A DNA stretch of 64,000 bases from an uncultured virus (IMG/VR IMGVR_UViG_3300025133_000078) (lineage: Duplodnaviria; Heunggongvirae; Uroviricota; Caudoviricetes), in IMG/VR virus record IMGVR_UViG_3300025133_000078; one strand, given 5' to 3'. The notes below the pieces were generated by a model, which did no database searches, was not told the origin of the DNA, and saw nothing but the letters and a program-made list of their open reading frames with translations. Below, piece after piece: positions 57,939 to 64,000 of this stretch. Positions within the stretch are counted from its first letter, which is position 1. Every line of letters starts with the position of its first letter. Made by a program: the position numbers and the translations under genes.

Positions 57939-58734
57939 CACAGCTTTTATTTTTGAAGCGTTAATAAGAGAACTAACAAGGGCTATCGTCGCAAAAGATG
58001 GCAAGAAAAAGAAACTTATCGTTAGGTTGGTGAGAGAAAATTTTAAAGGATCCTCTGTTTTAGCAAAAGATCTAGATCTTTATAAGGCAATATTGGAAAC
58101 AAGGGATTTGGATCGTCATACTGCTGAAAAGCTTGTTTTTGAAGCCAGAATGAGAAAGAAAACGATTGATGAGGGGGAGCTGTTCACCGAACAGACGGAG
58201 ATTATTGATACTATCAACAAGACTGTCTCTCCGAGTGTTTTTTCCAATTTTATTCCAAACTACCGCGACGTCGCTACTGTCTATCAGATTTTTGATTATC
58301 GCACCAAGACAAAACACAGAGTTTTACTTGAAAAACAAATTATTGACCGTATGACATCGACTAAAAAGACCGACCCACCCGCCATGAAGCCGGTCGATAA
58401 CTTGACATATAAGACGTTTGTCAAGAAATTCAACGAGAAATACAGCAGCGAACTCTTATCAGAACAAAAAAGTCTCCTGAGCCACTATATTGGCTCTTTC
58501 GCAGACAATGGTATCGAATTAAAAGTATTCTTAAACGAAGAAATTTCCAGATTGAGGGAGAAACTTCAAAAATCACTAAAAATGCCAGAAATTGCGAAGG
58601 ATTTTCAAATGACCGAGGGTACAAAAAAAGTCCTAGAAGTTTTAGACGGCTTTTCAAAGCGCCCCATAGACAATGACTTGGTCCAAGAGATCTTAAAAAT
58701 TCAGAATTTGGTGAAGGAGACCGAAAGTCGATGA
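57910..58734 (+). CDS. Hypothetical head-module protein
   Basis: KHNKKRNTAFIFEAL N-terminus; directly follows the portal gene. Confidence 0.7.
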   Translation: MKMKHNKKRNTAFIFEALIRELTRAIVAKDGKKKKLIVRLVRENFKGSSVLAKDLDLYKAILETRDLDRHTAEKLVFEARMRKKTIDEGELFTEQTEIIDTINKTVSPSVFSNFIPNYRDVATVYQIFDYRTKTKHRVLLEKQIIDRMTSTKKTDPPAMKPVDNLTYKTFVKKFNEKYSSELLSEQKSLLSHYIGSFADNGIELKVFLNEEISRLREKLQKSLKMPEIAKDFQMTEGTKKVLEVLDGFSKRPIDNDLVQEILKIQNLVKETESR

Positions 58735-59273
58735 TTTCAGTAAAAGTTCATAAACAAAGAGAATTAATCAAGCTTGAATTGAAGGCAAGAAAGTCTTTGG
58801 ACGGCAATATTCTTATTTTCGACCACAAAGAGATCGATATTGTTATAATGCCAGAAAAAAACAAAGTTGTGACTTTTGCAAAAGATGATTATTCTGAAAC
58901 AATCTACCATGTTCAAGACAGATTTTTTGAATACCTAAAAAGAAAGGGTATTGTAACCTACGAATCGGTCAGGGGTGGCAATGTATATGGATCAATTGAG
59001 GGCATCATAGCAGAATCAAAAGACCCGGATATTAACGTTCTTGACTACACAATTTATAATGTTTATAAATTTTTGAAAGAAGAGGGCCCCCGATACGACT
59101 ATATCGAAGATTATGAGCAAATGCTTGACGATTATTATACAGAACCAACAGGCGAAGACTCAACGGAACTTGGAGAAGTTCCCCAATCATCAGAGAAGGG
59201 CTCAATTCGCCCCGGATACAATTATGCTCCATATTGGATGAGCTACATGCTTGAAGAGGAAAAGAAAAAATGA
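58731..59273 (+). CDS. Hypothetical head-module protein
   Basis: ATGA overlap, AAGGAG RBS. Confidence 0.7.
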   Translation: MISVKVHKQRELIKLELKARKSLDGNILIFDHKEIDIVIMPEKNKVVTFAKDDYSETIYHVQDRFFEYLKRKGIVTYESVRGGNVYGSIEGIIAESKDPDINVLDYTIYNVYKFLKEEGPRYDYIEDYEQMLDDYYTEPTGEDSTELGEVPQSSEKGSIRPGYNYAPYWMSYMLEEEKKK

Positions 59274-59572
59274 AACTTACAAAAAATCAATTAAGAAAGA
59301 TTATCAAAGAGGAGCTATCCGAGATGGCATCGCTATCAGATGAAAGCTCCCTAGAAAAAGCAAAGTATAATCACTTTATGGGCGCCCATGAACAAGCGGC
59401 AGCGGCCGCCGTCGGTTTTGAAGAACTAGCGAGACAAGATGAAACAGGCCTGATGTATGATATTCAGAGAAAGTACATTGATTTATTCAAATCCGGCGGT
59501 AATGAATTCGGAGATCTCGGCCCCCTTGCAATCATCGCGATTGCATATGCATACGCGTCAGTAAACAACTAG
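59270..59572 (+). CDS. MKLTK-leader protein 3
   Basis: N-terminus MKLTKNQLRKIIKEEL. Confidence 0.7.
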   Translation: MKLTKNQLRKIIKEELSEMASLSDESSLEKAKYNHFMGAHEQAAAAAVGFEELARQDETGLMYDIQRKYIDLFKSGGNEFGDLGPLAIIAIAYAYASVNN

Positions 59573-59582
59573 AGAGATAAAT

Positions 59583-59879
59583 TTGTCCCTCCTATATTTT
59601 ATTTTAGCTGCCTACGGCTTAACTCAATTAATCTGCTATGGCAAGATCTTCGAGAAGATAAGGCCCGATGGTTATTTTTGGACCTGTCCTATGTGTATAG
59701 GATTTTGGGTTGGTGTCTTTTTATGCGGCGTTAATCCCTTTACGGAACTATTTACTTATGAACTAACCCCCGTTAATTTTTTAATTTGCGGTTGGATAAG
59801 TTCAGGGACATCATATATATTAAACATGGTCTTTGGCGACTGTGGCATCAAAATAAACCATAAAGAGGGAGGTGATTAA
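59583..59879 (+). CDS. Small membrane protein with CPMC motif (DUF1360-like)
   Basis: Hydrophobic helices and TCPMCIGFWVG. Confidence 0.65.
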   Translation: MSLLYFILAAYGLTQLICYGKIFEKIRPDGYFWTCPMCIGFWVGVFLCGVNPFTELFTYELTPVNFLICGWISSGTSYILNMVFGDCGIKINHKEGGD

Positions 59880-59933
59880 ATGCTTAAAAGATATATGCTT
59901 CAAGGAGTCCGCCGTTGCAAAAGCGGTTGTTGA
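59880..59933 (+). CDS. Putative 17-aa micro-protein MLKRYMLQGVRRCKSGC
   Basis: Strong GGAGGTGA RBS; ATG immediately after the upstream TAA; fills the intergenic gap. Confidence 0.45.
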   Translation: MLKRYMLQGVRRCKSGC

Positions 59934-59955
59934 CTACTTTTAAAGAGGAAAGAAA

Positions 59956-60573
59956 ATGAGTAAAGTTTTATTGAGAGAATACTATGCCCTCTGCGAGGGC
60001 GGCGTTTGCCAAGACTTATTGACAGAAGCCGAAAAAATCGATGTGCAGGTAAATAATGCCATGTATCTTACTGGGTTGATGCAACAAGCGGACACCCAAA
60101 ATGGAAATGGAAGAGTTTACCCGCACAAGGTACTCATGAGAGAGATGAAAACATACCAGAAGCTCGTCAAAGAAAAGCGAGCCTTGGGCGAACTTGATCA
60201 CCCAGACGATTCTGTCATTAATCTTAAAAACGCAAGCCACATGGTTACAAACATCTGGGCCGACGGCCCAAAAGTCATGGGAACTGTTAAAGTTCTAAAT
60301 ACTCCCGCCGGAGGAATCCTTCGTTCCCTCGTTGAATCGGGCGTCCAGCTTGGCATTTCCTCACGCGGCCTAGGTTCGGTCAGTGAAAGTATGCAGGGCG
60401 GTGTCGTCGTTGAAGACGACTTCCAACTCATCTGTTTCGACTTCGTCTCTGAGCCAAGCACACCAAACGCCTTTATGAATTTGCAAGAAGGCAAACAATA
60501 CAAAGAGCCAAACATTTTTACCAAAGCCGATAGAATTAATCGAGCTTTGAATAGCATCTTAGGAGATAAATAA
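59956..60573 (+). CDS. Prohead core protease (T4 gp21-like)
   Basis: NGNGRVYP, ALGELDHP, SH, TPAG, GISSRGLGS, DFVSEPSTPNA. Confidence 0.95.
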   Translation: MSKVLLREYYALCEGGVCQDLLTEAEKIDVQVNNAMYLTGLMQQADTQNGNGRVYPHKVLMREMKTYQKLVKEKRALGELDHPDDSVINLKNASHMVTNIWADGPKVMGTVKVLNTPAGGILRSLVESGVQLGISSRGLGSVSESMQGGVVVEDDFQLICFDFVSEPSTPNAFMNLQEGKQYKEPNIFTKADRINRALNSILGDK

Positions 60574-60574
60574 A

Positions 60575-60952
60575 ATGAGCAAGAAGTGGGCAAGCAATAA
60601 GAGTGATCAACTTCTCGTTGAGAATTTTAGAAAATTTATGAAAGAAGGGGAGTTTTCGCCAGTTACGGAAGCGAAGGTGAAAGACTTCATTCTCGGCGGA
60701 GAAATGGAAAAAAGAAAATATAGCAGCATTCCGGTCTATGTTCTTAAAAGAATACTAAGTATACACCCCGAACTTAGAGAAAAAGCAACAAACTCCGCAG
60801 ATGTCAAAGGCCAAAGGGAGGCTTTTGAAGAAATAGCCCAACTAATGAATGACTTCGACGAAATAAAAGGCCACCTTAAAGGGGTAGAATTGAAAGATAT
60901 AGTGAACTTGCCAGGATTTTTACAATATGCAGAAGGACAAGGCCTCCTTTAA
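60575..60952 (+). CDS. Hypothetical protein
   Basis: AGGAG RBS; N-terminal LLVENFRKFMKE. Confidence 0.65.
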   Translation: MSKKWASNKSDQLLVENFRKFMKEGEFSPVTEAKVKDFILGGEMEKRKYSSIPVYVLKRILSIHPELREKATNSADVKGQREAFEEIAQLMNDFDEIKGHLKGVELKDIVNLPGFLQYAEGQGLL

Positions 60953-61378
60953 ATGAAAAAACAAGAACTACAAAAAATTTTAAAACCCCTCATAAAGCAA
61001 TGCATCAAAGAAGTAATCTTTGAAGATGGTGTCCTATCTGGGATAATCTCCGAGGTTGTCCAAGGAATGGGTCAACAAAGAATTGTTGAAACAATTGAAA
61101 CAAAAGATCCAGCGCCAGACTTCTCAAGAAGTCAACGCATCGAACTCCAAGAAGCATCGAGACTTCAGATGGAAGAGAAGAAAAGAAAATTAGAAGAGTC
61201 GATGGGCGGAGGATTCAAGGGCATTTTTGAAAATGTAGAACCTATTTCACAAGCAGGATCTCCGGGCCAAAAAACAAGCAATAGCCCTCTATCTAATTAC
61301 GCCCCAGATGACGCGGGCGTCGATATTAGCGGAATTATGGCCCTTGGCGGTGGAAAGAACTGGAAAAACATGATTTAG
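60953..61378 (+). CDS. Hypothetical head-module protein
   Basis: MKKQELQKILKPLIKQCIKEVIFE N-terminus resembles the MKLTK leader. Confidence 0.7.
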   Translation: MKKQELQKILKPLIKQCIKEVIFEDGVLSGIISEVVQGMGQQRIVETIETKDPAPDFSRSQRIELQEASRLQMEEKKRKLEESMGGGFKGIFENVEPISQAGSPGQKTSNSPLSNYAPDDAGVDISGIMALGGGKNWKNMI

Positions 61379-61391
61379 TTTGTCTTTTCTG

Positions 61392-61400
61392 ACTATTTAT
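61392..61400 (+). promoter_or_regulatory. Putative late promoter ACTATTTAT
   Basis: Intergenic, 20 nt before the bS21 ATG. Confidence 0.6.
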
Positions 61401-61420
61401 AGAAGACAAGTGGAGATAAA

Positions 61421-61693
61421 ATGTCAAAACGCCCAGTTAATGTATCGGTAAGGCCAAAAGGCAAGTACGATAATGCTCAGAGAATGATTAAGCGGTTTAT
61501 GAAAAAACTGAAAAAATATAAAGTCTTGGAAACCTATAGGGACACCCTAAGACACGAGAAGCCTTCGGAAAAACGCCGTAAAGCGGAAAAAAGAAGGCAA
61601 AAGGTCTTGGAGAAAGCCAAGGCTGAAGAAAAGAAATATATGGAAGCTGATTTTAACGCTCTCCCGAAACCAAAGAAAAAAAGAAGAAGATAG
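61421..61693 (+). CDS. rpsU: Phage-encoded ribosomal protein bS21 homologue
   Basis: V.V......RMIKRFMKKLKK..VLETYR...HEKPSEKRRK pattern; very basic, 90 aa. Confidence 0.8.
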   Translation: MSKRPVNVSVRPKGKYDNAQRMIKRFMKKLKKYKVLETYRDTLRHEKPSEKRRKAEKRRQKVLEKAKAEEKKYMEADFNALPKPKKKRRR

Positions 61694-61705
61694 TTCAAGT
61701 AAAGA

Positions 61706-61714
61706 ACTATTTAT
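61706..61714 (+). promoter_or_regulatory. Putative late promoter ACTATTTAT
   Basis: Intergenic, 22 nt before ATG 61737. Confidence 0.6.
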
Positions 61715-61736
61715 AGTTTGAAGGAAGGAAAATAAC

Positions 61737-62135
61737 ATGTCATATTATAGAGCAGGTCTCGGAAACGCAGCGTCCTATCAAGTTTCAGGAAAGCCTTTCG
61801 CGTCCGGATCAATTGATGCATCTGGAGGCACACCCGAAAAAATCTCATTCCCAAGCGTCACTCGATGGGTTATTGTGCAAAATCATGATGAGGCCAACGA
61901 TCTTGTTTGCGCATTTAGTCAAAACGGGCTCCCATCAGCCGGCGGAACTAATTTTTTCACATTTGAGAGTGCAGGCTTAAAGAATACCGTCACTGTACAC
62001 TCGCAGCGACTAGAATTGAAAGTCACGGAAATGTGGTTTGAGGGATCCGACGATTTTGATGTAATTGCAGGCTTGACGGGGGTCTCGACAACAGAAATTG
62101 AAAATAACTGGTCCGGATCCGCCGGAGTTGGTTAA
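61737..62135 (+). CDS. Hypothetical virion protein (beta-rich)
   Basis: Own RBS and late motif; S/G-rich termini. Confidence 0.7.
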   Translation: MSYYRAGLGNAASYQVSGKPFASGSIDASGGTPEKISFPSVTRWVIVQNHDEANDLVCAFSQNGLPSAGGTNFFTFESAGLKNTVTVHSQRLELKVTEMWFEGSDDFDVIAGLTGVSTTEIENNWSGSAGVG

Positions 62136-62190
62136 AATTTACACGAAACCGGCCTTATATCATAAAATTTGTCTTTTTTGATTTCGCGAA

Positions 62191-62199
62191 ACTATTTAT
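62191..62199 (+). promoter_or_regulatory. Putative late promoter ACTATTTAT for the scaffold-capsid operon
   Basis: Intergenic, 30 nt before ATG 62230. Confidence 0.6.
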
Positions 62200-62229
62200 T
62201 TGTGAGTCAAATTATAAGGGAAAGCTTTC

Positions 62230-63231
62230 ATGTCTTCATTATTAGAACAAGCAATCATCGACGCCACGGCACTTCGAGAGGCTGCCGTCAAGAACGCAGA
62301 ATCAGCAATTTTGGATAAATATTCCACAGATATCAGGGAGGCTGTTGAATCCTTACTGGAGCAGGACGAGGAGTTGACATCCGATGAGGAAGGAGGTCCT
62401 CTGGTTTCCTCTTCCAATTTGGAAGATAGTATCCCTCCGGCTTTTGCATCGGACGACGGCTTGGAAGAACAAGAAATCGTTGTTGATTTTAAGGATCTCA
62501 AAGCTATGGCTGAACAACTGACTGACGCTGAAGAGAGCGCCGAAGGTGGAGACCCGATGGGCGAACCCCTCCCCCACCCAACTGGAGTTGGCGAAGAGGA
62601 GGTTGCGACCTCTTCTGTTGAGGTCGCCCTCGAAGAAGAAATCGAATTTGATCTTGACGACGTTGACGAACTTATCGAAGAATTGGTTGTCGACATCGCA
62701 CCACAAAAAAGCGGCTGGGCAGGAACCCCCGGAGACATTATGAATTACAAAGAAGAATTAGCACTAGCCAGACGCTCCGGAACAGAAGCGCTAGCGCAAG
62801 TAAAAGCATTGACACAGGCTGGAGAAAGACTTTCAGAGTCCAACGAGAGACTCAAGGCGAAAAACGCCAAAATGTTGGAAGCACTCCAGATCTTAAAAGA
62901 AAGTATCAATAAAGTCAATCTCTCAAACGCGAGATTGGTTTACACGAATAAGGTTTTAACAGACAACTCCTTGAATGAGCGACAAAAACGTAAAATTGTC
63001 GATGCACTGTCTAAATCAGATTCAATTGAGGAAGCAAAGGTAATATTCGAAACTCTAAAAAGCGCCGTGGGAAGTGTATCAGGTAAAGCACGTCCACAAT
63101 CACTCCGCGAGACCATCGAAAGACCCTCTGCCACTTTACCTAGAAGACAGGCTAGAAATGTTGACTCTCCAATGATGGATAGGATGCAAATTTTAGCCGG
63201 CATTAAGGCACACAACAAAGGAGATTTTTAA
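62230..63231 (+). CDS. Prohead scaffolding/core protein (T4 gp22 equivalent)
   Basis: Very acidic, coiled coil, NLSNARLVY, C-terminal RMQILAGI; immediately precedes the capsid gene. Confidence 0.8.
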   Translation: MSSLLEQAIIDATALREAAVKNAESAILDKYSTDIREAVESLLEQDEELTSDEEGGPLVSSSNLEDSIPPAFASDDGLEEQEIVVDFKDLKAMAEQLTDAEESAEGGDPMGEPLPHPTGVGEEEVATSSVEVALEEEIEFDLDDVDELIEELVVDIAPQKSGWAGTPGDIMNYKEELALARRSGTEALAQVKALTQAGERLSESNERLKAKNAKMLEALQILKESINKVNLSNARLVYTNKVLTDNSLNERQKRKIVDALSKSDSIEEAKVIFETLKSAVGSVSGKARPQSLRETIERPSATLPRRQARNVDSPMMDRMQILAGIKAHNKGDF

Positions 63232-63235
63232 AATC

Positions 63236-64000
63236 ATGTCTATTCTAAACAAACTTACTGAAGGTATTGTTCGACGCGATCTCTCCAAGGAAGGTCACGC
63301 TCTTCTCACAAAGTGGGAAAAGACTGGTCTACTTGAAGGACTACACGGCGAACGAGCCAAACACGGGATGGCTTCATTGCTTGAAAACCAAGCAAAGGAA
63401 CTACTTCGTGAGGCCAGCACTATGTCTGGCGGAGATGTCGAGGGTTTTTCCTCGGTCGCATTTCCAATTGTCCGACGAGTATTCGGCGGACTGATCGCAA
63501 ACGATCTTGTTAGCGTTCAACCTATGAGCCTCCCATCGGGACTCATTTTCTTCCTCGACTTCACTTATGATCGCAACCGCTTGGATACTGATGCATCAGC
63601 ATCTGTATACGGTGGTGGAGTTGTTGGTCAGCAGATTACTGGCGGTGTTTCACTTGCTGGCGATCTTGCCGAGCAGAGCTACTACTCTCTCAATAACGGC
63701 TATTCAAGCCCAACTCAATCGTTGGGTGTAACCCTAACTGTGGTTGCTTCGGGTACTGTTGGTGATCCAACTGCTGGCGACAACGTTGGTCGTCTTTGCC
63801 GCTTTGACCCAGACTTGGAAGGTGTAAATGTTGCTGTTGGGGTTATCCCCTTGAGCGATATGACTCCTACAACCGGACAGCTCAACATCAAAGATTATGT
63901 TACCATTACTTTGATGGACGGAGCTGCTATCACCTCTAAGCAGACCACTCAAGTAAGGAGACTTACTCGTGACGCGAATGCTCTAGACATCGCAGTTGCT
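63236..64000 (+). CDS. Major capsid protein (T4 gp23-like), runs off the window
   Basis: My translation: MSILNKLTEG...KWEKTGLLEGL...LLENQAKELLRE...AFPIVRRVFGGLIANDLVSVQPMSLPSGLIFFLDF; AAGGAG RBS; not in the ORF track because there is no stop in the window. Confidence 0.95.
   Translation, partial: MSILNKLTEGIVRRDLSKEGHALLTKWEKTGLLEGLHGERAKHGMASLLENQAKELLREASTMSGGDVEGFSSVAFPIVRRVFGGLIANDLVSVQPMSLPSGLIFFLDFTYDRNRLDTDASASVYGGGVVGQQITGGVSLAGDLAEQSYYSLNNGYSSPTQSLGVTLTVVASGTVGDPTAGDNVGRLCRFDPDLEGVNVAVGVIPLSDMTPTTGQLNIKDYVTITLMDGAAITSKQTTQVRRLTRDANALDIAVA

Noticed and set aside
59928..59955. Selenocysteine readthrough at TGT-TGA of the micro-ORF
   Set aside because: No SECIS-like hairpin downstream and an in-frame TAA follows within three codons
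62136..62229. Terminator, tRNA or ncRNA in the longest intergenic gap
   Set aside because: A T-run is present but no convincing stem or cloverleaf; the gap is explained by the late promoter and RBS
303..63952. Numerous minus-strand and nested alternative-frame ORFs in the track
   Set aside because: They overlap well-supported + strand genes and show no recognisable motifs; treated as shadow ORFs
1..64000. Genome-wide TAG recoding (several TAG stops are in frame with the next gene: 9575, 21385, 31737, 53201, 61378)
   Set aside because: Long conserved genes are uninterrupted under code 11, TAGs fall at natural protein ends, and downstream genes have their own RBS

Overview
A 64 kb segment of a large T4-like (myovirus-type) bacteriophage genome, with every credible gene on the + strand and standard genetic code 11. 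From left to right: a solo Cas4-like nuclease and two GT-B glycosyltransferases; a visibly AT-rich ~7 kb sugar-biosynthesis island (GT2, rmlC-rmlB-rmlD, a GT-like protein, DegT aminotransferase, Gfo/Idh dehydrogenase, HAD phosphatase, ATP-grasp); a sigma70-driven block ending in a gp55-like phage sigma factor; a ~34 kb baseplate/tail module (CHAP-like hydrolase, spike, gp25, gp6, giant LamG proteins); a RuvC-primase-fused SbcCD cassette; a holin/spanin-like trio; and a head module (terminase, portal, prohead protease, phage ribosomal protein bS21, scaffold, and the 5' end of the major capsid gene, which the ORF track misses). The most interesting signals are a candidate virion-glycosylation system (sugar island plus pervasive [ST]-[GAS]-[ST] motifs in virion proteins), a conserved CTATTTAT late-promoter motif paired with the phage sigma, and a repeated MKLTKxQLRxIIKEE leader fused to unrelated cargo proteins. 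All family assignments come from motif recognition by eye; no searches were run.
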